A DNA stretch of 51,875 nucleotides from an uncultured Planctomycetaceae bacterium (lineage in GTDB: Bacteria; Planctomycetota; Phycisphaerae; SM23-33). The DNA is taken from the NCBI GenBank assembly GCA_964392945.1, contig CAYMSH010000001.1, forward strand, positions 1 through 51,875, written 5' to 3'. Both the position numbers and the translations under genes were made by a program. The notes under the pieces were generated by a model. The model made no database searches. It was given only the letters and a program-made list of their open reading frames with translations, and was not told where the DNA came from. Positions 17,787 to 27,467 of the stretch are shown piece after piece (position 1 is the first letter of the stretch; each line of letters starts with the position of its first letter).

Positions 17787-18260
17787 TGGTTCGGTCCTTT
17801 CGATGGCGTGGGCAATGTATTGGGGTCCTCCACCCGGCGTGGGCGGTCGTGCTTTCTACCCTATTTAACGTTGCAAGGCACGAAAATAGTTCATTTTTAT
17901 TTGCGCGTCAGGCGATAACTTCCGCAAGAGGGGGCGCCGATCCAACTTTCTTGCGATGAACGCCTGGTCATCATTTCTGAAAACGTTGCGGCAGTACATC
18001 AAAAGGGATAATGATTGACTTACGTAACGCCTTTTAAAGCCTATCTTTATCGGATGCAGAGACAAGTATGATCGCCGGGGGTGTCGGAATCAGGCGTTTG
18101 GGGAAGACAGCTTGCGCAAAGACAATTAAAAAAATTCAGAGAGTTCCGAGTTTTGACTTTATTTCTGATGGGCGAGAGTCGATAATACACTTGTTCGATG
18201 CTTGTGGTTAATACTATGACCGCACCCATGCCCCCGACCCTGATCGCAGGCATCGACATA

Positions 18261-18292
18261 AGGCTGGCAGTTTACTGTCAGCCTGTTTTTTT
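18261..18292 (+). terminator. Intrinsic terminator oriented on the plus strand with no annotated plus-strand gene upstream
   Basis: AGGCTGGCAG (18261-18270), loop TTTA, CTGTCAGCCT (18275-18284, one G-U pair), then G + TTTTTTT (18286-18292). The A-tract/hairpin reading on the minus strand is weaker. Confidence 0.65.
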
Positions 18293-18375
18293 GCGCTATC
18301 GCCGCCGATGGGGCGGGCAAGCTGTGTGGCGGACCTCTCTGTCTTGTCGGATTTGCGATGCTGCGGCGAGATCGG

Positions 18376-18924
18376 TTATCGCAGCGGCGAGTGGCCGTTG
18401 GCTTGGCGAATAGCCTGTGCGGCGGCCAGCAGGTTCCGATGGCTGCGAAGGAATGTTGACAGATTGGCGGTTGAAACGCCAATGGCTCCGGCGGCTTCGG
18501 AGAGCTTTCCTTCTGCGGCGTCTAATACGTCCAGCACGAATGCTGCGGCCGGCCAGAACAGCTTGTTTCCCGTCGCCATGGCCAGGCGTGCTTTGGCCTG
18601 CTGGTTCTTCGCCTTTTTGCCCGGTCTCTGGAAGCATGCTGCGATTTCGTCGAGAATCTCCAGTTGCGACAGGTCCTGCGGCGTTCGGCATGCACATGCG
18701 ATGTGCATGCGAAGATTCTTCAACGCCAGGGATTTGTTCTGGCTCTGGCTTCGGGTCTGTTGCCCTTGTGCGGAGACCTGGGATGGTTCGTGGACCAATC
18801 GCACGGCGGTTTCCACTTTGTTCTTTCGTTGCCCGCCGGGCCCCGAGGATTTGTACGTATCGACTCTGCAGTCTTTCAGGAGATCGTTACGATCGCATAG
18901 AAGCCATTTGTCCCGCTGATTCAT
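18376..18924 (-). CDS. Peptide chain release factor-like GGQ-domain protein with C-terminal HTH-like extension
   Basis: YKSSGPGGQRKNKVETAVRLVH is the class-I RF / ArfB peptidyl-tRNA hydrolase motif. The roughly 100-aa C-terminal part contains LSEAAGAIGVSTANLSTFLR, which looks like a helix-turn-helix. Confidence 0.8.
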   Translation of the reverse strand: MNQRDKWLLCDRNDLLKDCRVDTYKSSGPGGQRKNKVETAVRLVHEPSQVSAQGQQTRSQSQNKSLALKNLRMHIACACRTPQDLSQLEILDEIAACFQRPGKKAKNQQAKARLAMATGNKLFWPAAAFVLDVLDAAEGKLSEAAGAIGVSTANLSTFLRSHRNLLAAAQAIRQANGHSPLR

Positions 18925-19131
18925 ACCGGGATGTTAACATTCGCCGGCTCGAAGCCCAAGGGGCAAACCAAAATCGGCCAAGAAGTTCGGGCTTTGGCAT
19001 TTTGTATCTTGGCGAAAAGGGGGGATTGGTGTAGAATAAATCTGTCGGAGTGGGCATGGCGGCCCGCTCTGGTCTCAGCAAAACCCAGGCCGCGCCAGAC
19101 CTGTGCTCAAGAGCACTGAAGGGTATTAGTT

Positions 19132-20502
19132 TTGGAAGGTGAATACAGTCCATTGAACGAGTGGATGGATGCCGAGGCTCGCGTGGAGTCTGCGCATCGG
19201 CACTTCGAGCAGGGTCGTTGGCCCGAGGCCGCCGCCGAGCTGCGCGCGGCGATAGACATCAACCCTGACAACGCGGCGTGGCATTACAATCTCGGACTGA
19301 CCCTCGAGGCTATGGACGATTTTGCTCGCGGCGGCGAAGCCCTGAAGAAGGCCGTCGAACTCGAACCCGAAGACGTGGAGATACTCAATTCGTTAGGAGT
19401 CAATCTCACACGCCAGGGTCTATACGCCGAATCACTTGACGCTTTTGTCAGCATTGAGAAACTCGACCCGACGTACGAGCCGTCATATTGCAACCGGATC
19501 ATCACGTATACCGAGATGGCCCAGCACGACAAGGCCGAGCTGATGTTCTATCTTGCTCGCCAGGTCAAGGACGAATGTGCGTTGTGCTATTACAACATGG
19601 GCAATTCCCTGTACGCACGCGGCAAGTACGCCCAGGCGATCGACTGCTGGAAGCAAACTCTCAGACTCGAACCGGATCATCGCAACGCCAACGCGCGGAT
19701 TGCAGAAGCGATGTGGGCTACTGGAGACCTTGCCGGAGCGCGGGAATATTACGAAGCCGAACTCAAGCGCGACGTAAATGATATCGAGACGCTGCTTGAT
19801 TACGGTGAAATGCTGATGGACCTGGGCCAACTGGATGAGGCTCGCCAGAAATTCATCGAAGCGTTGAGGATCGATCCCGACGACGCGGCGGCGCTGTTCT
19901 GTCTCGGCGAGTTAGCCATGAGCAGGCAGACGTATTCAACCGCCGAAAGGCATTTTCGCAGAGTTCTGCAGTGCGATCCGGCCTATCCGCTGGTCCACGC
20001 AAGGCTCGCCAGAGTTCTGCTGAAGCGGGGTATGGTTCAAGAGGCGGCTAAGCATCTGCTGTACGAAATCAAACATGCCGGCAACGACACCGATACGCTT
20101 CACGAGTTGGGGCATCTGGTGCTGGAGGCCAAGCTGCTCAAGCAGGCCAATTCCGTGCTGAAGCAGTTAGTTGACCTGGCCCCCGGCGATGCGCACGCAA
20201 GACACAATCTCGCGGTTAGTTTCTTCCGCCTGGACAAGCATCGCGAGGGCATCAAGCACTGCCGCGAAGCGCTGAAGCTCAAGCCGGACTACGTGCTGGC
20301 GTTTTACAATTTGGCGTTGGCGCACCTGCGGATCGGACGGATGTCGCGAGCCAGACGCTACGCTTCCAGGGCCTACGTTCTGGACCCGAATGATCAGAGC
20401 GTTCGAAACCTGACCAAACGGATCGACTCGGCCCGCCAGGGCTTCTGGTCGAAGCTTGTCTCCGGGATCCGCTCCCTTGGCGGACTCAGAAAGACTGACT
20501 GA
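19132..20502 (+). CDS. Tetratricopeptide (TPR) repeat protein
   Basis: There are more than 10 tandem 34-aa TPR-like units (e.g. AWHYNLGLTLEAMDDFARGGEALKKAVELEPEDV, LCYYNMGNSLYARGKYAQAIDCWKQTLRLEPDH). The start is TTG 19132 with AAGGG upstream, or possibly ATG 19165. Confidence 0.85.
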   Translation: MEGEYSPLNEWMDAEARVESAHRHFEQGRWPEAAAELRAAIDINPDNAAWHYNLGLTLEAMDDFARGGEALKKAVELEPEDVEILNSLGVNLTRQGLYAESLDAFVSIEKLDPTYEPSYCNRIITYTEMAQHDKAELMFYLARQVKDECALCYYNMGNSLYARGKYAQAIDCWKQTLRLEPDHRNANARIAEAMWATGDLAGAREYYEAELKRDVNDIETLLDYGEMLMDLGQLDEARQKFIEALRIDPDDAAALFCLGELAMSRQTYSTAERHFRRVLQCDPAYPLVHARLARVLLKRGMVQEAAKHLLYEIKHAGNDTDTLHELGHLVLEAKLLKQANSVLKQLVDLAPGDAHARHNLAVSFFRLDKHREGIKHCREALKLKPDYVLAFYNLALAHLRIGRMSRARRYASRAYVLDPNDQSVRNLTKRIDSARQGFWSKLVSGIRSLGGLRKTD

Positions 20503-20620
20503 TTTGACGATCGCCGCGTTTTCGACGTGATGAAATCCCACGGACATGTTGCCTTTGGAGCCTCTGTGCGCTTATGCTCAGGGCCCGTGTGAGAACTTAC
20601 ATTTGAGGTCTGGTTGAACA

Positions 20621-21562
20621 GTGGAAAATACAGATAAGAAATTCAGAGTTGTGGTCTCCGAGCCGCTGAGCGTTCGCGCTCTGGACTACCTGGGCCAGTA
20701 CGCCGATATCGTGCGGACCGACGCCGCGGGCGCCATAGACTGCATAGCCGACGCCGACGCGCTGGTCGTCAGGACATACACCCAGGTCAACGAAGAACTG
20801 CTCGATCGGGCCCGGTGCTTGAAGGTTGTCGGAAGAGCCGGCGTGGCGATTGAGAATATTGACGTGCCGGCCGCTCGCAGCAGGGGCGTGCAGGTCGTTC
20901 ACACTCCCGCGGCCAACACCCTGGCGGTCGTCGACTACATTATCGCGGCGATAATTCGGATGAACAGGCGATTCTGGCCCATGTCGGGTTACGTCGAGGC
21001 CTCGGAATTCCACCAGATGCGAAAGGGCTCCTACGGGCGATTCCTCTCGGGCATGACCCTGGGTATTGTCGGTTGCGGGCGGATCGGTTCCCGCGTTGGC
21101 GCGGCCGCACGGGCGCTGGGGATGAATGTCCTGTACAACGATATAATCCCAATCGAGTTGGACTACGACGCAACGGCCGTCGACAAACCGACTCTCTACA
21201 GTCAGAGCGACATCGTGACGATCCACGTGCCGCTGGACGACAGCACCATCGGTATGATCGACGCCGCGGCGTTGGAGATGTTCAAAGATTCAGCCCAATT
21301 CATCAACGCCGCACGCGGTCCCTGCGTCAAGTACGCTGACCTGGCGGGCGCCATCCGGAGCGGGAGAATATCGGCGGCTACTGTCGATTGCCACGATCCC
21401 GAGCCGCCGGGACCGGATTACCCGCTGTTTGGTCTGGAAAACGTAGTGCTGACCCCGCACGTAGCGGCGCGAGTGCCGCAGGCTGTGGAGAATATGTGCG
21501 ACGTGGTGTATGACATAGTGGCCGTGCTGCAAGGGCGCGCCCCTGAGTATCCCGCTCCGTAG
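20621..21562 (+). CDS. D-isomer-specific 2-hydroxyacid dehydrogenase (phosphoglycerate dehydrogenase-like)
   Basis: NAD fold GIVGCGRIGSRVG, plus the DIVTIHVPL, FINAARG and VLTPHVA catalytic-region motifs. GTG start. Confidence 0.9.
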   Translation: MENTDKKFRVVVSEPLSVRALDYLGQYADIVRTDAAGAIDCIADADALVVRTYTQVNEELLDRARCLKVVGRAGVAIENIDVPAARSRGVQVVHTPAANTLAVVDYIIAAIIRMNRRFWPMSGYVEASEFHQMRKGSYGRFLSGMTLGIVGCGRIGSRVGAAARALGMNVLYNDIIPIELDYDATAVDKPTLYSQSDIVTIHVPLDDSTIGMIDAAALEMFKDSAQFINAARGPCVKYADLAGAIRSGRISAATVDCHDPEPPGPDYPLFGLENVVLTPHVAARVPQAVENMCDVVYDIVAVLQGRAPEYPAP

Positions 21563-21567
21563 GCCGA

Positions 21568-22956
21568 TCAGGTCTTCACGGTGTCGAACATCAGAACCGC
21601 CAGTGGTCCGAATATGAGTATCGGCAGCCATGCGGCCCATACAGGAGCGATGTCGACATACCTGCATCCGTACATGAACACGTAAAACGCTCCGACCAGG
21701 AGTATGTTCAGTCCGACTGATTTCTTGAGGTTCCTCTGGCGTGAGAGGATGAACGGCAGTCCCAGCAGCAGCATGACCAGATTGTTTATCGGATTGGCCA
21801 CTCGCGTGTGGAGCGTAAGCACGGCGGCTCGTTCGCCGGGTATCTTTTCGAACTGCAGCAGTTTTGTCAGTTCGAACGTAGACATGTAATTGACCCACTT
21901 TGCCGATTGTCTCAGAACTATCGCCTCAGGGGTCATGTCCGAGGCGATGAACAACGTTCCGCGATTCAGTCGCCAGTATCCGTGCAGAGACGGGATCCTT
22001 GTTGACGAGACCCATTTGGCGCTGGCCGCGTAGATGACGCCGAGCGTTCTGCCCATGTCGTCGCGGCAGACGAAGCGCGGGTTTTTCATGTACCCGGCCA
22101 TGGGTTTGCCCGGCGTTGTCGGACCCGCGCGGAACTCGGTCGCGCTTAGCACCAGTCCGCATCGCACGTCGGACAGGCGGCTGATTCCGCGCCCCGAACC
22201 GCCGGAGCCCACACGCTTGGACAGCGTTGCAGGTCCGAGTCTCGTCCATATTCGTTCTGTAGACGGAACGGTCGGCCAGGCCGGTTTGTCATCGAGATCG
22301 AGCTTTGTCAGGTTCGCATGGATAATGTGCCAGCCCTGGGCGTTGCCGAATTTTCCGTACCGGGCTTTTCCCTTGGGGCCCGTGGCGGCTCGTCCGATGG
22401 AGACCGATTCTTTGTCGCGAAGGACTACCATGGGTTGATGCATGGTCTTGTCGGCGTTGCTGAATTTCCTGCTGTACCAGCCGGTATTTCTCAGGTCGAT
22501 CATGACCGGGACCAGCAGGTTCTTGTCCGATTCCGGGCCGTCGTCGTGATCGCGCACCAGGAGATGTGCGACGCGAGGAATCACGAGTTCCTGATCCAGT
22601 ATGATCAGGCCTCCCATCAGCATTGAGCAGATGATTATCGGCAGGACCACCCTGTGCAGGCTCACGCCTGAGGCCAGCATCGCCGTCAACTCGTTGGTGT
22701 GGTTCATCCTGGCCAGCGAGAAGCCAGCCGAAGCGACGATTATCAAGCCGCCGAGTTCTATGAAGTACGCAAACGAGTGGATCGCGTAATATTGCCATAT
22801 GGTGCCGACGATCGAGAAGAACGATCCTGACTGTTCGGTGAACTCGTCGACATTTGTGAACAGGTCCAGGACAATGCGCAACGTCATCATCACCACCAGG
22901 AAGATGACGGCGTTGGACAAGAACGTCCGCACAATATATCGATCAAGCGTTTTCAT
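21568..22956 (-). CDS. LptF/LptG family LPS export permease
   Basis: The N-terminus MKTLDRYIVRTFLSNAVIFLVVMMTLRIVLDLF is the YjgP/YjgQ signature. There are six predicted TM segments around a central periplasmic domain. Confidence 0.9.
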   Translation of the reverse strand: MKTLDRYIVRTFLSNAVIFLVVMMTLRIVLDLFTNVDEFTEQSGSFFSIVGTIWQYYAIHSFAYFIELGGLIIVASAGFSLARMNHTNELTAMLASGVSLHRVVLPIIICSMLMGGLIILDQELVIPRVAHLLVRDHDDGPESDKNLLVPVMIDLRNTGWYSRKFSNADKTMHQPMVVLRDKESVSIGRAATGPKGKARYGKFGNAQGWHIIHANLTKLDLDDKPAWPTVPSTERIWTRLGPATLSKRVGSGGSGRGISRLSDVRCGLVLSATEFRAGPTTPGKPMAGYMKNPRFVCRDDMGRTLGVIYAASAKWVSSTRIPSLHGYWRLNRGTLFIASDMTPEAIVLRQSAKWVNYMSTFELTKLLQFEKIPGERAAVLTLHTRVANPINNLVMLLLGLPFILSRQRNLKKSVGLNILLVGAFYVFMYGCRYVDIAPVWAAWLPILIFGPLAVLMFDTVKT

Positions 22957-22987
22957 TTCTTAGCAATCAGCGGGAAGCTGTTTTCAG

Positions 22988-24688
22988 TCATTTCCTGGAC
23001 ACTCGCCAATACGAAAATACCGTCACCATCCCAAGCAGGACTATGCCTCCCCAGATAATGGATATTCCTGCGAAAACTGCGGCGTCGGGAGCCGATGAAT
23101 CCAGAACGTCGGGGTTCTGGGCGATGTTCTTGCCCATCAGTATCGTCACGATCACCGCCGCGGCCGGCATGACGGCCGTCAACAACGCGCTGACAAACTG
23201 ACCGCCGCGGAAGACCAGGCCCAAAATGCCGCCGAGTACCACCATCAGCAGGCAACTGATGCTGAACGCCGCACGGGTGTTCAACTCGGATATGATGTCC
23301 CTGCGCAGCTTCTGGACGTGATGGTTGTTGAGTTTCAGCAGGGCCGCGTGGATAGCGGGGTTGTCGGTAAGCCCGCCGCCTTCTCCGCCGTCGTGGTATG
23401 CCTTAGACGGCGTCACCTCGCCAATTTTCGCGGCGATGTCGTCGGGCATCACGAGTTGTCCCTGGGACCAGGTTCCTACTCCCGTCGGCGGCCCGATGGC
23501 AAGTCGGCTCGGATCGCTGCTTGTCGCAGTCAGGTCTATCTTCCGTGCGTCGGGCTCCAGGGTTATCGATACCGTGGGTTTCCTGGTGAATCTGTCCCAT
23601 GTTATGCTGATTCTTCCGGAAGACGCCGTTATCTTGTTGAGCTTCCTGCCGTCTCGCACTTCGATGATCTCGATGAGCCTGGGATTAGTCGCCGGGCCCT
23701 TGCTGAGCAGTACTCTTCCGGGATTCTTGACTGAGGCCTCGACTACAGGGGCCTTGATCACATATCGTGAATTGTGCCTTGCCAGCTTGTCGTAGGAGCC
23801 GGTGGCCTCGAATGAACTGGTTATCATCTTGGCGAAAATATCGCTGCATATGGCCTGTTGTATTTTCGGGATCGCCTGCTGGACCGTGATGCTCCTGCTG
23901 GGATCGTCCAGCGCCGCACGTAGTTCGGTCCAGCTGTACCAGGCGGGCTTTTCCTTGATTCGCCTGTCGATCATCACGTTGCTTAGCGGGAAAGTCTTCT
24001 CGGTGCGAACCGAAGGGTCGTTTGAATCCATCAGCGCTGCGTTGTCCAGGGTGATGTTCATGTAGGCCCGCAGGGTCTTGGGGTTGATCCCGAAACTCGC
24101 GCGTGCGGATTTGGCTGCGGCGATGGTGACGTGCCCGTCCTTGCCCTTGCGCTTTATTACGACTGCTCCCACGAGTTTGTCGTAATTCTTGTCGGCGTAT
24201 CTTTCGACTTTGTCGGCGTGGATCACCAGGTCCTGGAACCCGAGAAAACCCTTGCTGTTGAGCCGGTGGCACATCATTCCGCGAATGTTGTTCGCGATCG
24301 CTTCGGTGCCTTTCTTGGCCATGACCGGCGCGATAAAGTTGCTCAGCACCGCCGAGGCCAGCATGACAATAACACCCAGAATCAACGCCGGTCGCAGAAG
24401 AAGCATCGTTGAGATTCCGCTGGCTCGGCTGGCCAGTAATTCGTTGTCCTGGCTGAATCGCCCGTAGACGAAGCACGTGGCGAATAATGCGGCAAAGGGC
24501 AGCGTCAAGGACAGCATGACCGGAAGGGTCACCGAGAAGACCAGCATTACCTGTGCGGCGCCCAGGCCCTCTTTGCGCAGCGGTTCAATGATCCCCAGCG
24601 TCGTCAGCGTAAGGGTCAGCACGATCAGCGTAAGACCTGTGGCCTTGAGAAGGTCAAGACCGATATATTTCATGAGCGTCTTGTTCAC
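22988..24688 (-). CDS. LptF/LptG family LPS export permease, long form (566 aa)
   Basis: (V)NKTLMKYIGLDLLKATGLTLIVLTLTLTTLGIIEP has the same family N-terminus. GTG 24688 has GGAG 9 nt upstream, and ATG 24673 is the alternative. The central soluble domain is large. Confidence 0.85.
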   Translation of the reverse strand: MNKTLMKYIGLDLLKATGLTLIVLTLTLTTLGIIEPLRKEGLGAAQVMLVFSVTLPVMLSLTLPFAALFATCFVYGRFSQDNELLASRASGISTMLLLRPALILGVIVMLASAVLSNFIAPVMAKKGTEAIANNIRGMMCHRLNSKGFLGFQDLVIHADKVERYADKNYDKLVGAVVIKRKGKDGHVTIAAAKSARASFGINPKTLRAYMNITLDNAALMDSNDPSVRTEKTFPLSNVMIDRRIKEKPAWYSWTELRAALDDPSRSITVQQAIPKIQQAICSDIFAKMITSSFEATGSYDKLARHNSRYVIKAPVVEASVKNPGRVLLSKGPATNPRLIEIIEVRDGRKLNKITASSGRISITWDRFTRKPTVSITLEPDARKIDLTATSSDPSRLAIGPPTGVGTWSQGQLVMPDDIAAKIGEVTPSKAYHDGGEGGGLTDNPAIHAALLKLNNHHVQKLRRDIISELNTRAAFSISCLLMVVLGGILGLVFRGGQFVSALLTAVMPAAAVIVTILMGKNIAQNPDVLDSSAPDAAVFAGISIIWGGIVLLGMVTVFSYWRVSRK

Positions 24689-24790
24689 TCGTTATAGCTC
24701 CGTCTGCGGGCCGGTCTCCATACCGGCCGGCTCAACGCCTAATACTCTAACCGCTGGAAAGTCCGGAGTCTACAGTTTCGCTGCGCCGAG

Positions 24791-25534
24791 TCACTGTTCG
24801 TACGTGGCGGCGACGACGCTTGCCAGCATCGCCACGGCCGCGGTTTCAGTCCTGAGGATTGTCCTGGCTATGCGAACCGGGATGAATCCCGAGGCCAGGG
24901 ACTCGCTTCGTTCGGCTTGAGTCAGGCCTCCTTCCGGCCCGATCAGCAGCAGAATCTCGTCAAACGGGCGATTGGCCTCTATCGCCGCAGCAAGCGGTAT
25001 TGCCTCTGGTTCGAGGTCTCCCAGGAGTCTCAGCTGGCCGTCCTGGGGGTTCAGTATTTCCCCAAGTGGCGTAGGGGGAGGCAGTTGCGGCAGGAAATTC
25101 AGTCCGCTCTGCTTGGCCGCCGATATGCAATGCGCCGTCAGTTTGTCCGATTTTGCGTTAGATTCGGTCCTGGCCGCCGGGCTGCTGCGTTCGAATATCA
25201 CGCGCCGCAGCGATGCGGCGCCCAGTTCGGCGGCTTTCTCCGCCAGCCAGTCTATGCGTTTGCGCTTTGGTGCGGCGGTGGCCAGATGGATCGCCGGGCC
25301 CGGCGGTCTGGGTTCTGTTCGTCGCTCGGCTATGCGGATTACGAGATTTCGCCGGCCGATCAGCCTTATGTGCCCCGTGGCTACGCGGCCGCAGCCGTCG
25401 AACAGTTCGACCGGGTCTTCATCCTTAAGCCGCAGCACGTGCAGGGCGTGGTGCACTTCGCCCGGGTCGGGCTGAATCTCGTCGCCTGACATGTCGGCAA
25501 CGAAGAAACGTCTTGTGTGCGTCTGGGGCTTCAT
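24791..25534 (-). CDS. rsmE: 16S rRNA (uracil1498-N3)-methyltransferase RsmE
   Basis: The start is taken at ATG 25534 (MKPQTHTRRFFVAD...). The longer track ORF would overlap the divergent pilin-like gene. Motifs: RRFFV, HHALHVLRL, LLIGPEGGL...E, RILRTETA. Confidence 0.9.
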   Translation of the reverse strand: MKPQTHTRRFFVADMSGDEIQPDPGEVHHALHVLRLKDEDPVELFDGCGRVATGHIRLIGRRNLVIRIAERRTEPRPPGPAIHLATAAPKRKRIDWLAEKAAELGAASLRRVIFERSSPAARTESNAKSDKLTAHCISAAKQSGLNFLPQLPPPTPLGEILNPQDGQLRLLGDLEPEAIPLAAAIEANRPFDEILLLIGPEGGLTQAERSESLASGFIPVRIARTILRTETAAVAMLASVVAATYEQ

Positions 25535-25631
25535 ACCCAGCCAAGGTAGCGACTGACGCATCGATTGGCAACCATTGTGGGCGTATTTGTCTTCGTGCCG
25601 GCGTTGGGAAAATGGAAATGCATCATGCCTA

Positions 25632-25661
25632 TTTCCAGATGGCGGTCTTATGCGGTATAAT
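25632..25661 (+). promoter_or_regulatory. Candidate sigma70-type promoter of the pilin-like / radical SAM / methyltransferase unit
   Basis: TTTCCA (25632-25637), 18-nt spacer, perfect TATAAT (25656-25661), then GAAAGGA RBS before ATG 25699. Pattern match only. Confidence 0.3.
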
Positions 25662-25698
25662 AAATCAGACACCCCTGCATCGCCGAAAGGATACATAA

Positions 25699-26406
25699 AT
25701 GATAAAGACCGCGACATGCCCTCGGACCCGAAGCAACGGTTTTACGCTGATTGAGTTGCTGATCGTTATTGTGATCATGGCGATACTGGCCACGATGTTC
25801 GTCCCGGTGATCAACAAAGCGATCCAGAACGCCGACAACAACAAGTCCGCAGCGTTCGTTCAGGAAGTCAGAAGCGCGTGCGATAGATTCAAGGACGCCA
25901 ACAACGGCATGTATCCCGGACAGGACGATCTGGGGCAACTCAAAGGCACCACCCCGGACGCCGGCCCGTACACCGGAAGCCAGATGCTGGCCTCGAGGTT
26001 GTTTGGCTATCCGCATACCGACATCCCCAGCAATACCCCGAAAGCCAAGAGCCTGTATCTGGAATACAAACTCCACCTGCTGCTCGATCGTTCCAGCAAG
26101 GGCACAGCTATAGCCAAGAATTCTCTTGGCGACAACAGTGCAACGCCAAACGCACTGCTGTACTTCCCGTCCAGGCTGCGAGAGAAACTCCCGACAAGAT
26201 GCTACAGATGGGCCGACAGCAGTCAATACGTTACGACGGCCGGAGCCCAGACGGTCTTCAACAACGAGTGCATCACAGACAAGCGACTGGCCGTCGGGAA
26301 GAATGCCCGCAACCCCGGAGGCATACTGATTATCGGTACAGGCGCCAACGACATGTACCTGGAATCTGACGATAACGACGACATCAGAAGCTGGGACGCC
26401 GACTAG
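25699..26406 (+). CDS. Prepilin-type N-terminal cleavage/methylation domain protein (pilin-like family, paralog 2)
   Basis: The N-terminus is MIKTATCPRTRSNG|FTLIELLIVIVIMAILA. It is full-length colinear with the 13658-14368 product (by-eye identity roughly 55-60%, not computed), including a conserved Cys pair (CYRW ... ECITD). Confidence 0.85.
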   Translation: MIKTATCPRTRSNGFTLIELLIVIVIMAILATMFVPVINKAIQNADNNKSAAFVQEVRSACDRFKDANNGMYPGQDDLGQLKGTTPDAGPYTGSQMLASRLFGYPHTDIPSNTPKAKSLYLEYKLHLLLDRSSKGTAIAKNSLGDNSATPNALLYFPSRLREKLPTRCYRWADSSQYVTTAGAQTVFNNECITDKRLAVGKNARNPGGILIIGTGANDMYLESDDNDDIRSWDAD

Positions 26407-26416
26407 GCCCAGGCAC

Positions 26417-27436
26417 ATGCTCAGAGCGACGCAGAAGAAATGGCGACTTTTCAGGACCTGGTCAGCAGGCCATCCCATATGGTGCGGCTGGCAGGTGACC
26501 TATCGGTGCAATTACCGCTGCAGGTTCTGTCATTACTGGCACGATCCGCTGGGACGCGTCGCCGAACCAACTGTCGCACAATACGCTCAGGGAGCGGCGA
26601 AACTGGCTCAACTTGGCACGCTGTTGGTCTCGCTGGCCGGCGGCGAACCGATGCTGCGAACAGATCTGACTGACATTATCCGTGTTATCGGTAAATACCA
26701 TTTTCCACTGGTGACAACCAACGGTTGGTTCGTCACGCCGCAGTCCGCCGCGGCGCTGATGGAAGCCGGGGTCTGGGGCGTCTCGGTCAGCATCGATTAC
26801 GCACGACCCGAAGCACACGACAAACGCCGCGGAATGTCCGGAGCCTGGAAGCAGGCCTGGCGGGCCGTGGAAATGCTCGTTAAGGCTCGAAAGCACAGGT
26901 TCCAGCGAGTCAACGTGATGAGCGTTCTGCTGGACGACAATATCGACGACCTGGATCGGATCGTTGAAATGGCCGATCGGCGGGGGGCGCACTTCATGGT
27001 CCAGCCGTACGGCTTCCGCAAGACCGGATCACATGCCTACGCGCATAACAACGGGGCCGTGGCTCCGAAACTGCTGGCGCTCAAGGAACAGTGGCCCAAC
27101 TTCCTGTCCAACCCGAACTATCTTTCCAGGTTCGACGAATTTCTTGCCGGCGGCATAAACCACTGCCGCGCCGGGCGCGCGTTCTTCAATATCGACTCGG
27201 CCGGCGACATCGCCATCTGCGTCGAGCACAAGAACACGCCTGTGGCGAACATCTATCGAAACAACGCACAGACGATCGTATCGAGGCTGTCGAAAGCCGC
27301 CTCTGGAAATCGCTGCACCGACTGCTGGTACAATTGTCGCGGAGAGGTCGAGAATCTCTACGATTTAAAGGGTCTGGTTAAATCCGTGCCGACTCTCTTC
27401 AAGACCGGTTCAGCGATCAAAACTGACAAAAAGTGA
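26417..27436 (+). CDS. Radical SAM enzyme with C-terminal SPASM/twitch-like Cys cluster
   Basis: CNYRCRFC (CxxxCxxC) is near the N-terminus, followed by GGEPML and TTNG. The C-terminal part reads HCRAGRAFFNIDSAGDIAIC...CTDCWYNC. The start is 10 nt after the pilin-like stop. Confidence 0.85.
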   Translation: MLRATQKKWRLFRTWSAGHPIWCGWQVTYRCNYRCRFCHYWHDPLGRVAEPTVAQYAQGAAKLAQLGTLLVSLAGGEPMLRTDLTDIIRVIGKYHFPLVTTNGWFVTPQSAAALMEAGVWGVSVSIDYARPEAHDKRRGMSGAWKQAWRAVEMLVKARKHRFQRVNVMSVLLDDNIDDLDRIVEMADRRGAHFMVQPYGFRKTGSHAYAHNNGAVAPKLLALKEQWPNFLSNPNYLSRFDEFLAGGINHCRAGRAFFNIDSAGDIAICVEHKNTPVANIYRNNAQTIVSRLSKAASGNRCTDCWYNCRGEVENLYDLKGLVKSVPTLFKTGSAIKTDKK

Positions 27437-27467
27437 GCTCAAATACTCTAATTGAAAGGTGAGCATT

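Noticed and set aside
18198-18413. 71-aa plus-strand ORF, and the 70-aa minus-strand ORF at 18047..18259, in the long intergenic region.
   Set aside because: The plus-strand ORF reads through a canonical terminator hairpin and into the convergent gene. Neither ORF has an RBS or recognisable motifs.
26417-27436. Radical SAM gene considered as the anaerobic sulfatase-maturating enzyme (anSME) for the Cys-type sulfatase at 32069-33862.
   Set aside because: This is not adopted as the primary call. The protein is shorter (339 aa) than the anSMEs I recall, shows only one clear C-terminal CxxCxxxC cluster, and is about 5 kb away on the opposite strand from the sulfatase. It is kept as an explicit alternative in the corresponding finding.
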